Source: Octopus sinensis
Taxonomy: Eukaryota
Reading direction: 5' to 3'
Assembly (NCBI RefSeq): GCF_006345805.1
Contig: NC_043001.1
Span: 91,016,001-91,080,000, forward strand
Length of the DNA stretch: 64,000 bases
Shown here: positions 1 through 14,073 of the stretch, piece after piece
Layout of the letters: each line of letters starts with the position of its first letter
How positions within the stretch are numbered: position 1 is the stretch's first letter
Made by a program: the position numbers and the translations under genes
Notes under the pieces: model-generated
Told to the model about the DNA's origin: nothing
Databases searched by the model: none
What the model saw: the letters and a program-made list of their open reading frames with translations, nothing else

Positions 1-219
1 AATAACTGAATTGAGTATATAGACCCGATGCTGCCTGCGAACCCTTTGCTCTCCAAATGAATCTTGGAAAAACTGTTTGTCTGTTTCCACCAACTCCAGG
101 CAAGTAGTTATTATGAGCTGGAGATTTTTATTGATAGCTACCAAGTTCATGTAACTGTCACCGCTCTATAAATGATTAAATATTTTTTGTGTGTAAGGAA
201 AGATAACTGATGGGTTTAA

Positions 220-439
220 CTCTTTAGTGTTTAAACCAGCCATGTCAGGCAAAAATTGTCTTCTTGTTTTATGCTCAAACCAGCCAGCTCTGACCTTTCA
301 CACCTACCCTACAAAGTCATTCTAAAAATAAACAGGGACATCATCAAAACCTCAGAGTTAGAAGATGCTGTACAATTAATTTAAAACAATGTAATTAAAC
401 AGGCTTTACATTTGACAGAGTAATCTGAATGCTAAAGGG
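220..439. mobile_element. piggyBac-like MITE
   Basis: TTAA on both flanks (216-219, 440-443), with termini ctctttag...ctaaaggg. Related copies at 15917-16137 and 58724-58938. Confidence 0.65.
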
Positions 440-3260
440 TTAAGGCTTTCGAAGGCAAAGTTTAGTCATAAAGTCACATTAAACGATCAACTAAGAGCAC
501 TACTACAGTGCTACATAAATAATATACAGGAAACGCCTGAAACTCCTGGTACACTTTCACCAGCGTTGCATCCGGGTTGTTTTGTGCATTCAGTGGTTCC
601 CATACATTCATATCATTGAAACGTTGAAGAAAGCTGGTTTAGCCAGTGTAGAAATCATATATACACTGTCACAGATTAAGTATGAACCGGACATCTAGTG
701 AGAGAAAAAGTAAAACGCACTGTCAAGCAACTGCTTTACGAACAAAAACCTAAGGATTGTCATTGTGCTTCATGTACTGCATTAAATCAATACATGCGAA
801 GACGAGACGAGCTTTCAGAAAGAGGGAAGTAATAGAGACAACATGTACTCTATTATAACTGTTTCATGCTGAGCGTTTGTTTTTCACAAGCCGGTCTTTT
901 AAATCATAAGAAAGATCACGCTGGGTCACTAAGTGCAGGGTTTTATTATGATCAAGGTTCATAAGTTAAGTCTTTTGTATGACTGGAATGTAGAAACGTA
1001 TGCAATAGTAACTCAGGTCTCTCCTGCCATTCTAAAATTCACAAGGACGGTACAGACCCTACATTATCCACAGGCTTATGTGCATATATAAGTCACACAT
1101 ATAGACTCTCAACAACTCTTTTTCTTTGCATGCGCCTCTGTTCTCACTTTTCAGCGGTAGACTTTTAACAAAGGACACTATTTCCAGCTAAGTTCGTCGC
1201 TTTTGCTTACTCATTTTTTACTGTTCGTTCCTTTTGTTGCACCACACAGCGTTCATACACACATACATGGATGCTTGAATCCAGTTACACACACGCACCT
1301 CAATATTCTTTTCTGCTCTAGGCACAAGGCCCGAAATTTTTAGGGAGGGGGTGCCAGTCGATTAGATCGACCCCAGTACGCAACTGGTACTTAATTCATT
1401 GACCCCGAAAGGATGAAAGGCAAAGTCGACCTCGGCGGAAACGTGCATCTCAATATTGTACCTCAACTGCCTTGTTTTCATCGCGTCTGTGCCTGCTCAG
1501 CTCTTTTCAAGACTCAATGCACGTTGGATGTCTCATGCTCTCTACGCCCTTGTTCTAGACACAACTCGCCTCTGTAAGACTTCAGGTTAGTCACGTATAC
1601 ATGGAAAGAGTTGTCTGTCTCTCGCAACACGCCCGTATGCCACACTGTTGTTCTTGGTAATCTCAGCAAATGCCCACGACAACAGAGCCAGACAGATTTC
1701 GCTTCTGTTCTATTCGAAAGGCATTTCACACAGAATGCAATCCTGCAAAAAAATTTTTGATGATATCATGGATTGAAAGTGCACACACTTACTCGCCTTA
1801 GCTTATTCCACAGCTGCAGGACTTTCTCTCGCATTCATGTATACACCCTTGCACGCACATTCACTCACTACCCCAGTCACGCAACGACTGGAACATTCAG
1901 CACTCATGCGCATGCTCACTCAGCTGCCTCAGTCTTGCAACGACTGCACACTACGCACGCAAAGCGACAAAACTATTCGAACCCGCTCGAATAGATACCT
2001 GTGTCGTATGCACAATTTTTGTCAGCCTTGCATCACATTCACTTACAACAAAATACCTTTTTCGAGATCGTTCGTTTCTTCTTCTTGTAAACTCTCTAGC
2101 GGGGAAGTAGTGCGGGACCACGCTTGGCCCTGCCTGAGATTCGAAACTGAATCTGTAAATTCTCCCTAACCATACGACCTATTGTTCTGTCAGGGATAAA
2201 TGCTGATATATGTATTTTCCACTTCACTCTTAACCTTTTCTATGCCATGAAAAGTTGAAATAGATGAGTGACGTACATTAATTTAATCGTTGTCAGAATC
2301 GTATATCCATCTTTCTAGCTAGTCTACATAGTTATAAATACCAGCATATTGGCTGAAAATTCTGAAAATTATCAAACTTTGAACACCTGTAATAGTTTAG
2401 CAAAAATTTTCTGGAATAATTGAATAACAAATCCGGATTCAGTGTCAAAAATTACATCTATATTATACATTAAAATTCTTTTTAAAAATTTTGACAGGCA
2501 ATACCGATAACCACAAAAATCCTTACAATAAATTAATAGATAAAAAGCTAATAGCTTTTAAATTTTGCAAAAATTGGGTTTCGGGGTCGATAAAATAAGT
2601 ACCAGTTTAGCGTTGGGGCCGATTTAAGCATATTGTGGTAATCAAATTGCACAAAAAATATTGAGCTATTGAATTTCACAACCGAATCTTTTCTAACAGA
2701 AAATTTCCGATATCAAGTGGTGAAGAGACAGAAGTTTGGCTTGACTACCACGTGGTATTTGTTATCACTTGTGCACTAAGAGTTCAAATCCCTTTAAGGT
2801 CAACACTACATTTTATGATTTCGGGGTGGATAAAAAGTAACAATACAGGGCAGCAGAACTATTAGGGTGGTCGGACAAGATGCTTAGCAGTATCAGATAC
2901 GGTTCGTCGCTTTTCGACAGCAACGCTTGCGACAACACTAGTATCAAGCTGTGGAGGCGCAAGCCGGCAGCTTTTTCCTTGTATAAGCTCTGGTGATGTA
3001 GAGAGGGGAGTATATGTATGAGCAACTGTCAGTCTTCCTTAAGCGTTTCGTTACTAAACACCAACTTGATAATGGCAAAGTTATTTTTCTAAATTCTTTA
3101 TTATTTTCAAAATTAACTGTAGTGACATTTCAATAAAAATATGGTAACAAAGAGCTAAAAAAAAATCGTGCTTAGGCCTGCGCATGAGAAAATTCATAGC
3201 CAACCTTGACTTCTGGTAGCTTTTGAAATTTCTGGAAAAAAAGAAAAGGTTATATAATAG

Positions 3261-3762
3261 ATATATATATAAAACTGTAGTTGTGTAAGTGTCTGTCTCC
3301 TTCGATTTAGATTCCTAACTACTCCCACATTTTGCGGTGCAGTTTAACCAAATTCGGGTATCTTATAGTCGTGATTCATATCGAGCCCGTCTGAGTATTA
3401 GCGCGCGTCTACGATGAGTCTACGATTTTAAAAATAATTTAACATCATTTTTTATTCCATTTTAATGCATAATTTTTCGTGTGTCGATGGCGGCGGAGTT
3501 GGCGTCCATGGTCACACCTGCACCTGTTTGCTTCACCCCCTTCTTCCCTCCCTCGTGAAGCTGTGGGGAAGGAAATCAACGTCGTAAAGCGTTGTCAAGG
3601 AGACCAGCGTTCTTTTAGAAGAACGACTTCATGGCTTGAAGACACCAAAACAGAAATGGCTAAGAAAGCCCGAATTGGCATCTATAAGGGAAGTAACTCT
3701 CTAAAAATGCTTATATAGTTATTTCCCTTACAAACCCGAGCAACGCCGGGCGATACTGCTAG
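3261..3762 (+). mobile_element. Non-autonomous Helitron-like element
   Basis: 3' subterminal GC hairpin cccg...cggg (3735-3750) followed by CTAG|T. The 5' end lies in a TA run and is approximate. Confidence 0.6.
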
Positions 3763-3930
3763 TAATAGATAAAAGAGGAAAATAGGAAATTAATCCCACA
3801 CAAAATGTAAGAGTAACTAGGAATGAACTAAGAATGTAAGGTCACATTTTTTATTCTAAAACTGTTAAACAGTCTGCTAGAAGACTTTACCTCTTTCCTG
3901 CACATCATTAGCATACAGAAAATGTGTTTA

Positions 3931-4413
3931 CAGCGATCCCTCGACTATCGCGGGTGTTACGTTCCAAAACCACTCGCAATAGGTGAAGACCCGCGAAGTA
4001 GAAACAGTACTGTATTGTATTTATTATTATTATTATTAAAATTTGCATATATTTATTTTATTATAAATGCAAAAGAATTCCACAGACTCGCCTCCCAAGA
4101 TTCATTTTCCGTACAGTATGTGCGATTCTTTGTTTACTCATCTACGGTACGCTACGTATTTTCTTTTAATATATTTTAATTAATGCGTTATACAATGCAG
4201 TACTGTACTGCATTTTTATTTATTAGTTTACTAATTTTTAGGCGTGAAAATGCTTATTTTACCACAGAAATAATTAAAATCTAAAAAAATATATCTATCG
4301 GCCGCAGAAACCCACGATATACTGAGGAGTCCGCGATATAAATTTACATATATTAGCAAGAAAAATGAACTGAGGGCGCGATAGGCGAACCGCGATATGG
4401 TGAGTGATTACTG
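3931..4413. mobile_element. Tc1/pogo (Tigger-like) MITE
   Basis: TA on both flanks. Imperfect TIRs cagcgatccctcgactatcgcgg / ccgcgatatggtgagtgattactg. Confidence 0.75.
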
Positions 4414-4594
4414 TACATTCTTCTTTAACCCACGGTGAGGTTTTGTGATATTTAAATTTATTAAGGTGGCAGGTTAGTAGAATCATCAGCACACTCGACA
4501 AAATACTAAGCGGCATTTCTTCTGTCTCTTCGTTCTGAGTTTAAATGCCAACGAAGTCAACTTTGCTTTTCATCCTTTCGGGGTTGATAGATAA

Positions 4595-4830
4595 ATACCT
4601 ATTTCTTTATTACCCACAAGGGGCTAAACATAGAGGGGAGAAACAAGGACAGACATAGGTATTAAGTCGATTACATCGACCCCAGTGCGGAAATGGTACT
4701 TATTTAATCGACCCCGAAAGGATGAAAGGCAAAGTTGACCTCGGCGGAATTTGAACCCAGAACGTAACGGTAGATGAAATACGGCTACGCATTTCGCCCG
4801 GCGCGCTAACGTTTCTGCCAGCTCGCCGCC
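4595..4830 (-). mobile_element. tRNA-derived SINE with gcctttcatcctttcggggtcgat core (MetaSINE-like), representative copy, nested in another copy
   Basis: B-box-like gttcaaattcc; TSD ttgatagataa at 4584-4594 and 4831-4841. Other copies at ~1320-1440, 5520-5720, 6875-7530, 11085-11210, 13253-13340, 28560-28700 and 58310-58530. Confidence 0.8.
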
Positions 4831-6324
4831 TTGATAGATAAGTACCAGGTGAGCACTTGGGTCGATGCAGTCGACTTCCTCTCTTCTTAAAAATATTGCT
4901 AGCTTTGTGCCAAAGCCAGAAAGAATATTTAAATTTATTCCAGTTCTGATTTACGTTATCATCATCATCATCATCATCATCATCGTTTAGCGTCCGCTTT
5001 CCATGCTAGCATGGGTTGGACGGTTCAACTGGGGTCTGGGAAGCCAGAAGGCTGCACCAGGCCCAGTCTGATCTGGCAATGTTTCTACAGCTGGATGCCC
5101 TTCCTAACGCCAACCACTCCGTGAGTGTAGTGGGTGCTTTTTACGTGCCACCAGCACAGGTGCCAGACGAGGCTGGCAACGGCCACGATCGGATGATGCG
5201 TTTTACGTGCCACCAGCACGAGGCCAGTCGGGGCGGCGCTGGCAAGTTGTGCATAAAATAAATATTGGTTTCAAATTTTGGCACCAGGCCAGTAATTTCG
5301 GGGGAGGAGTAAGCTGAGTACATCGACCCCAGTGCTCTACTTATAGTTATTTTAGCGTCCTCGAAAGGGATGAAAGGCAAAGACAACCTTAGCTGAATTT
5401 GAACTCAGAACATAAGGACAAATGAAATGCCACTAAGCATTTTGCCCGGCATATAAACGATTCTGTCAGTTCGTCGCCTTTGCATAAACTGGATCATTGA
5501 CAGAATCATTTGACGCCGGGCAAAATGTTTAGCGGTCTTTCGTCAGCCGCTACGTTTTAGTTCAAATTCCGCCGAGGTCGACTTTGCCTTTCATCCTTTC
5601 GGGGTCGATTAAATAAGTACCAGTTACGCACTGGAGTCGATATAATCGACTTAATCCGTTTGTCTATCCTTGTTTGTCCTCTCTGTTTAGCCCCTTATGG
5701 GTAGTAAAGAAATAGAAATAAGTATTTCGTCCGTTTTTATGTTCTAATTCAAACTGACGAGCAGTCAAAAACACAAATATACAAATTAGGCAATCTACTA
5801 AAGCTCTAGCCTAATTCATATTGCTAAACCTGGTTATACAAGTGAAATCAAGGAAGAAGGAAAATATATTTGAATGTTAAGATATTAAACATGGGATTGC
5901 AATTAGATTGGTAACTAAACAAAGTAGTTATACTGTCAGTACTAGCAAGGGTTATTAACACGGTTTCTGACGATTAAAGAGATTAAAAACATGGCATAAA
6001 ATTCTAAATTTGATTGAAAAAAAAAAACTTATGACAATAATAACAATTTCCCACATTAGCACAAGAGTAAATATTTTTTAGAGGAGGGTTATCAATTTTT
6101 TTCCTATCAGATTTAGAACAAAGTGCCACAGAAAATTATTTTGTTAGGAACTACCAGAATACTACTACGACTGTCTAGGAATCTAGATTAACCGCTGAAT
6201 AAAATCTACAGATGTGGGTTCAGTTAGGTTCGAGTCCCACAGGCAGCCATCAACTTTTTCTATACAAAATTTAGAAATATTTACATGCTATTATTTATAG
6301 CTTTATGTGCTTCGAGATCCACTA

Positions 6325-6381
<57 letters not shown>

Positions 6382-6562
6382 TTACTTGTTTTAGTCATTA
6401 GTTTGTGACCATGCTGGAGCACCACCTTGAAGGAATTTTAGTCGAACAAATCAGCTCCTGTACTTATTTTCTTTTTAAGCCTGGTACTTATTTTATGTCT
6501 CGTTTACTGAACCGCTAAGTTCATAAACGCACCAACACCGATTGGCAAGTACTGTGGGACGG

Positions 6563-6608
<46 letters not shown>

Positions 6609-6694
6609 TGGTCTTTCAGTTTCCGTCTATGTCTATCAGATGCATTTACAAAGCTTTGGTCGGCCCGAATTTATAGTAGAAATAATCCAGAATC

Positions 6695-6874
6695 CTTACC
6701 CGGTACAGAATTGATCCCAAAATCTAATCAGTTCGTGCCAGTCACGAGGCCAAACATCCCTGAAAGTTTCATCCAAATTCATCCAACAGTTCTTGAGATA
6801 TCTTGTCCACGGACAAACAAGCAAACAAACACGACTGAAAACAATACCTCCGCCTTCGTTAAGGCGGAGGTAAT
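6695..6874 (+). mobile_element. Helentron/HINE-like short element remnant
   Basis: Ends in a perfect 12-bp stem tacctccgcctt-cgtt-aaggcggaggta (6845-6872). The 5' boundary is approximate. Confidence 0.45.
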
Positions 6875-9004
6875 TATCCTTTCTACTAAAGGCACAAGGC
6901 CTGAAATTTTGCGGGGTGGGGACTAGTCGATTATATCGACCCCGGTGTTTCACTGTTACTTAATTTATTGACCCTGAAAGGAAGAAAGGCAAAGTCGACC
7001 TCGTTGGAATTTGAACTCAGAACGTAGCGGCGAGCGAAATATCACTAAACATTTCGCCCGGCGTACTGACGATTCTGGACTCGCTCGCTGTTTTAAATAT
7101 AATAATTCTTTATACTAAAGACACAAGGCCTGAAATTTTGGAGTGAGGGGACTAATCGATTACGTCGATCCCAGTGTTTCACTGGTACTTAATTCATTGA
7201 CCCCGAAAGGACGAAAGGCAAGGTCGACCCCCGTGGAATTCGAACTCAGAACGTAGCGGCAGACGAAATATCGCTAGGCATTTCGCCCGGCGTGCTAGCG
7301 ATTCTGCCAGCTCGCCGCTATTGATTTCAGTTTTTGACATAAGGCCAACAATTTTGGTGGAAGGGAATAAGTCGATTACGTCGACCCCAGTGTTCAACTG
7401 GTACTTATTTTATCGACTTCGAAGGATGAAAGGCTAAGTCGACCTCGGCGGAATTTGAACTCAGAACGTAAGGACTGACGAAATACTGCTAAGCATTTTG
7501 CCCGACGTGGTAACGGTTCTGCCAATGATCCAGTTAATTCAGAGAAAAAAAAAATAGAAAAGAAAACGAAAAAAAAAGGGAACTTAACTCGATCTAGTAC
7601 ATAGCAAGGGGGAGATCGAGGAGGGCGGCACCTTTTGGGTCGGCTGTCTATACTTGTACTGGGGGTGAAGGCGGCAAACTCAAGAGCTGCCCCAGGCGGC
7701 ATACACCTTTAGCTACACCACTGACTCGATCTTGGTAGGATCTGAACTGAAAATGTTGCAAGACGATATCAAATATGTAAGATCTGTGTCCAACACATAC
7801 ACATTACCGGTTTAATCACTCCCTCGTCTCAAACAACAACCTAACGAGTATTAAGATTAGTATCGTTTGAAAAATAGAAAAGAAAAACATACAATCAATT
7901 AAGAAAATAAAGAAACTACATTCTTTGGAAAACAAAATCTATGCCAATAATTAACCGAAGTAAAAGGTGCTGTTTGAAGTCACCCGCACCGATCAATCAT
8001 AAGGTCAGGAGAAAATTGACTGGATTGGCAAAGTACTTTTACGTGAGAAGCTAAAACCTTGTGGCATTTTCTTCACCCATGCCAGGTCAGAGAGGAAACT
8101 TCGTGACTGCAGTTTCAATGAAGATATAACTCATCATGCCTTTAGTTATTTGACCCAACATCAACCGGATTAATTAATACGTCGAAAAACGTGATCTCCT
8201 TCGAAATACGATACACCATTTTCCTTCGACACATAGATGATTGCACAACCTTACATCGAACTATGTCACTATGTACATGAAAACTAGCACATACACATAT
8301 ATACGCATACATACATACATACATACATACATACATACATACATGCATACATGCATGCATATATACATACATACATACATATATACATACATACATACAT
8401 AAACACACACACGCACGACACACACACACATGCATATGCATATAGATGTGTATATATGTATGTCTATATACTTATATCTATGTGTGTGTGTGTAAATGTA
8501 AGAGAGTATTTATACATAGTTGCACACGCATACACCTACACATGAACACACACCTACACACACACATACACATATACACATGCGCACAATTTTGGGGTTT
8601 AGTTGATATATATATAATTCAGTTCCTGGATTTAGTTTGCTAAATCCGAGAAAGAACACGTTATGTATTCCCATTTCTGTCTCTTTATAAGTGAACATGA
8701 TGAAATGTGCAAGAGATCCTGTTATACTAAATACTTATAGACTGGAGAGGAAACGATTCCTGTGATTATAGAAGAAAAAAAGGACTTCGTTAATCTTGCT
8801 TCACGTCAAATTAATAGGAATGAAATTCTGTTTTTAATAAGTGATATGATATAACTGTTTACATTTTGAAATATTTCTTTGATTGAACAATTAGCCAGTG
8901 ATTCTCGTTGATTTCTGCTGATAAAAACATTTTTAAAAAGACTTATGGAGCAACGTTGAGAAGAAATATTGATGTATAAAACCCAGCAAAAAAAGCAGGT
9001 GAGC

Positions 9005-9083
<79 letters not shown>
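9005..9083. repeat. (TTA)n microsatellite
   Basis: Read directly. Confidence 0.95.
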
Positions 9084-9085
9084 TT

Positions 9086-9415
9086 ATGCTTGACTTTTGC
9101 TTTACATTTGTACAAGTTGGCTCCAAGTCTCACCCAGAGACCTCAAGAGACAACAAGTTGGAAGTTCAAGTTGGTGTTATGCCTAGGGTGCCATATATTT
9201 GGTTTTGTACCTAGTGTTGTTCTAGAAAATGTTTAAGAAACCATAAGAAAATTATGTGTTTGTTTTAAAACTTGAGATTACATAGAAAATATTTTGCGTA
9301 GGATATGGGCAGTTCCCATGAGCACTATCTTTTGAATTTCTGCCATTTGAGGGTTTCCTGGTATCTGAGCTAGGTAGCATAAAACTGTTACATGCTATAT
9401 TAATTAGTAGAGATG
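9086..9415 (-). mobile_element. R4/Dong-clade LINE 3' end (REL C-terminus plus 3'UTR) abutting (TAA)n
   Basis: Minus strand encodes ...PQMAEIQKIVLMGTAHILRKIFSM*, then a UTR running into the (TAA)n at 9005-9083. Confidence 0.7.
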
Positions 9416-11085
9416 TCTTGAGGTTTTGTGACAACACTTCTCAAATCTCAAGAACCTTAGAATTCTTGCAGAATACAAGATTGCACATTGCTGTAGGTCG
9501 ACAATGCGAGTCCCAATTCTGGTATCCTTCTGACTATTAGGTAGCAGTTTGGGCATTGTGTCAAGTGCACCAATTATCACGCACAAAGAGCAATTGTCAT
9601 CTTTTCTTCCACATTCCCTTCATCTCTCTGGTTAAGTCCTGATATTCAATAGTTGTTTCAACTTCTTTGGAATCCATTCTATTGATTTGCAAGGTTTTTG
9701 ATCTTGCACTATTTTTTATCTAGTCTTCTTGTTTCAATAGTATGGTCAGTCTTTATGGGGAAATTCCATAAAATCCTGTAATTATTATTCTCTGTCGCAA
9801 CCTCTGGCTTGTGTTCAAACCACATTTCTGCTATTTTGAAATCACTCACTCGGTTAACATCTCAATGCACTCTTTTACCCACATAATTCTACCTGTACTT
9901 ACGCACTTTTTGTACAAGTTTACAACATTCACTCAAGTTACGCCTAATACTTCCGTTTCCTTTCTCACAGATTCTGCGTTTGCTCCTTGATTGGGGTTTA
10001 TCAATTTTTCCCTTTATCAAATTCACTCTAATGGCTTGTTCCTGAAGCGCCATACATAAAACTTCGTCAGCCAAAGCCAACATTCTTCTAACACTCGATT
10101 TATTGCATGAACTGGCCATATAAATCCTTCTCTTTCGAGTTATTTGTTATTCTCCTATTGTTTCAGTAACTTTTCAAAGATTTATAGCCACCGATAGTAT
10201 TCCTTCTTCACTATGCACAAATACAATATCTTAGTTGTAACGACATCTGTGTTTACTAATTCTCTGCTTCCTTCTTTTCTTTATAGGCGGCGCCTGTCGA
10301 TATACTTTAAGTGTAGTGCTCGTCTGCATTATAAGCAGCTTCCTAGTTCTGTCTAAGTTCTATAGCTCTATATCTGTCCGTTTTATAAAAGGATCGGAGC
10401 ATTCTAATACTGGCATGGCTCATGTATTCATTGCTTTGATAATATTCCTTCTACTTAATTTTGTTTCGGGCACCTTCCTAATTCTTCTCGGGTACTCTTT
10501 GAAGATTTTTTCCCTTATTTTCCTTTTTCATTATACTATCGTCTTGCAATACCTCTAGGTACTTGTATCCCGCATTATTCTCAGCTATCTTGGGATAATT
10601 TTATGCCATCAGAATTTATATTTCTGCTTCTCTTTCTAATTAATATTGCACACTTATTTGCCCCAAACTGCATCCCAATATTCTTGCTAAATACTTATAC
10701 TATTTTGATTAGAGAATCCATTTCTTTCCCACTATTTTAATTATTGAAGTCATTTGTATAAAGATAGTAGCATATTTTCATCTCATAGGTAAGCCTGGAT
10801 TTTCTCAGTATACTGTCAGAGGGATTAACACAATGACGAAAATAGAGAGAGTGAGTCTCCCTGGAATATTACCTCCCACTGCGTATTTACACATTTCCTA
10901 ACGATTCGTTTGCTCATGTTCTACTTCCTACGGTCTCATTGCTTTTCCCAAAAGGCTGTTTATCTTCTCATTGATTCTAAGTGTACTCGGTCTTTCGAAG
11001 AAGCCAGAAGTGTGGAACATTGTTGTAAGCCTTCCTGAAGTCCGTCAAACCAATAGCTAAATTTTTCTTTGTTATTCGCACTTCA
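9416..11085 (-). mobile_element. Decayed R4/Dong-clade LINE (RT to REL)
   Basis: Minus-strand fragments KAYNNVPHFW, IFQGDSLS, KNIGMQFGANKCAIL and VIIGALDTMPK...LQQCAILYSARILR, with many frameshifts. Confidence 0.75.
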
Positions 11086-11305
11086 TTTACGTTCTGAGTT
11101 CCAATTCCGCCGAGATCGACTTTATCTTTTCGGGGTCGATGAAATAAGTACCAGTCGAGTACTTGGGTCGATGTAATTGACTAGCCACTTCCCACAAAAA
11201 TTTCAAGCCTAGTGCTTGTAATGGGAATCCTCCTCCTCGTCGTCGTCGTCATCGTCGTTGTCGTCATCATCGTCATCATCATCATCATCATCATCATCAT
11301 TATTA

Positions 11306-11843
11306 AGTGAGAAAGCAGCACACGTCATCAAAGTGACGCCGGGGTACAAATATTCGAATCCCAGTATACCTATCATGACTACCCGTCTTATAAGGGTACC
11401 CCAGATACATGCATCACAACCATAATGTATGCGACATGGTGATCTCATATAAAGATAAAGGGCGCGTGACCTTGCAGGTGGGGGCCTAGTTAAAATTTTC
11501 TTCAGGCCGAGTAGCCCATCCCGCTCAAAAGGTCCCTGAATAAGGGTTACCTAAGGATGATGAACAAAACACCCATGTTTCCAGGATTAAATTATTCATA
11601 CCCGAAAGAATTCCTCTCAAACATGCCTATGATGCTCCCTCACAACTCCTGCTCATGATCAGAAATGCACGTATCGACAGTCACTAAGGGACATGCTCAA
11701 CAGGTTAAGGCCAAAACCTGTGGTATGGAGCTAAATATTTGCTGTAGCCCATCTTCTACACTAAGACAAAGGATGCACATAATACTTCTAATCAGTTTAG
11801 ACCAGAGGCCATGAGAGCCAGTGCCTAGTATTGCATCAGGGCA

Positions 11844-11844
<1 letters not shown>
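11306..11844. mobile_element. Short non-coding element embedded in trinucleotide repeats (copy A)
   Basis: Homologous to 11986-12374. Ends in gcatcagggcat against (TTA)n, with (TCA)n on the left. Confidence 0.6.
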
Positions 11845-11885
<41 letters not shown>

Positions 11886-11920
11886 CATTATTATCATTAT
11901 TATTATTATTATTATTATTA

Positions 11921-11981
<61 letters not shown>

Positions 11982-11985
11982 CATT
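11845..11985. repeat. (TTA)n microsatellite with TCA variants
   Basis: Read directly. Another (TTA)n lies at 12375-12426. Confidence 0.95.
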
Positions 11986-12372
11986 GAGTGAGAGAGAAGT
12001 ACATGCCATCAAAGTGACACTGGGATACAAATATACGAAGCCCAGTATACCCATCATAACTACCTGTCTAATAAGAGTACACCAGATACATGCATCACAA
12101 CCATATGAGCGCGACATGGTGATCTCATATCAAGATAAAAAACGCATGACCTTGCAGGTTGGGCCCAGTTAGAATTTTCTTCAGGTCGAGTAGCAACTGA
12201 TAAGCAAATCTGTGGTACTGAGCAGAATATTTGTTATAGCCCATCTATTATATTATACCAAGACAAAACAATGTACATGATAGCACTTCCAATAAGCTAA
12301 GATCAGAAGCCATGAGAGCCGCTGCCTGGTACTGCATCAGGGCATAGCCACTGCCTGGTACTGCAACAGGGC

Positions 12373-12374
<2 letters not shown>
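11986..12374. mobile_element. Same short element (copy B), with a ~200-bp internal deletion and a duplicated ~29-bp end
   Basis: Flanked by (TTA)n on both sides. The end gcc(g/a)ctgcctggtactgca(t/a)cagggcat occurs twice. Confidence 0.6.
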
Positions 12375-12427
<53 letters not shown>

Positions 12428-12428
<1 letters not shown>

Positions 12429-13252
12429 TTTCTTTCTTCAAATATTCTTCCATTTCGCGCTGAGAGTGTTTTCCGTACACCTAGGGCAGAGGAGCTCATT
12501 GTATGCATTCCCAAGTACTTATAGCCCGTCTCTTCTATCTGCTTCATAACCTCCCCCGACAGTATCGTTAGCCCGTCCATACATTTGATTTTGCCTCTCT
12601 TCAAGACTTACCACACCACACTTTCTCAGTCCGAACTCCATTCTGATATCAGCACTGAAGGTATACACCGTATCAACGAGGGAACTGACTTGGGCTTCAT
12701 CTTTACCATAAAGTTTGAGGTCATCCATGAATAATAAATGGCTGACTTTTTGTTGGCGGCTTTTGAATAAATACCCAGCTTTTGCTTTCCTCAGAATCAG
12801 TGTTAGTGGTATTAAGCACAGTACAAAGGTCAGTGGGGACAGGCAGTCCCCTCGGAAGATGCCCCTCCCAATTTCTACTGTCCCTAAACTTCTTCCGTAA
12901 GCTGTCAGGGCCGTCCTCCAATTCACCATACTTTTTCCAAGTAATTGCTCAATATTCGATGCAATACCAAACAGGTTCATACATTCCATAATCCAAGAAT
13001 GTGGGATCATATCGTACGCCTTATGATAGTCGATCCATGACATGGCTAAATTAGTTTTCCTCCTCTTGCAGTCTCTAAGTATAGTTTTGTCTATCAGGCG
13101 CTGACTCTTGGTACCTCTGCACTTACGCTTGCAACCCTTCTGCTCATGTGGAAGGACTCCATTTTTTACCAGATGTTCGTACATTGAATCTGCGAGTATT
13201 CCAGTCAATAACTTCCACATAAGTGGCAAACAGGATATCGGCCTGTAATTGT
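12428..13252 (-). pseudogene. R4/Dong-clade reverse transcriptase fragment
   Basis: 236-aa ORF with [43 protein letters not shown] and [11 protein letters not shown]. Confidence 0.9.
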
Positions 13253-13348
13253 CTATAAGCGCCTGTTGAAAACGGGTCGATGTAATCGACTTAATCCGAT
13301 CCCTGCAAATTTCAGGCCCTTGTGCCTATAATAGAAAGGACCACCACC

Positions 13349-13419
<71 letters not shown>

Positions 13420-14073
13420 AGCGGTGGCGGCGAGGTTGTCTGACAAAATGCTTAGTAGCACTTCTTTCAGCTTTGCGTTCTGAGTACAAATTATTTATTT
13501 TTTTAAATTAGGTACAAGGCCAACAATTTTAAGGGGAAGGCGATAGACACCATCGACTCCAGTACTTGAATAGTATTTTACGTAATCGATCCCGTAAGGA
13601 CGAAAGGCAAAATTGACCTCTGTGGGACTTGAACTCAAAACGCAAAAACCCAGTGAAGTCAGCCTTACTTTTTATTCTTCTGGGGTTCATCAAATAGTTT
13701 ACTATTTCAGTTAACTCTCTAAGAAAGACATTATGTTTTCTTGTTAAGGTAGCCTGTGAGAAAGCAAAATTATATGTCTGGCTCAGAAATGCAACTAAGT
13801 ATTGTATTAGGTACGGGTTGTCCTCATGAGACCTTCTAGGTCATCATTATAGACATTCAATGGGCAATTTTTTTTATCATGTTAATTAAAATATCAATGC
13901 CTTCTTTTAATTTTAATTTTAATATTTCGTAAAATATCATTTCAGACTGCCGAACCGTCCTCAGCGCTAACGAACGCCAGTATTTTCTTAATCATCAATC
14001 AGCTCTGAAACTGAAAGGTTGGATCATTTTTTTCTCTTAATCTTCATCAACACGAAACGGGCGAACAATTAAA

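Noticed and set aside
1440-3010. Possible Tx1-like ORF2 remnants (minus strand, 1514-1729 and 2813-3025)
   Set aside because: Only vague resemblance, with no diagnostic RT or endonuclease motif I can support.
8142-8698. ORFs rich in Y/I/C/V/H/T here and at 16579-17111, 18202-18849, 23987-24441, 29285-30065 and 51381-51724
   Set aside because: These are translations of (TA)n, (CA)n and (TACA)n microsatellites.
11697-12172. Poly-I, poly-L and poly-N ORFs
   Set aside because: These are translations of the (TTA)n tract.
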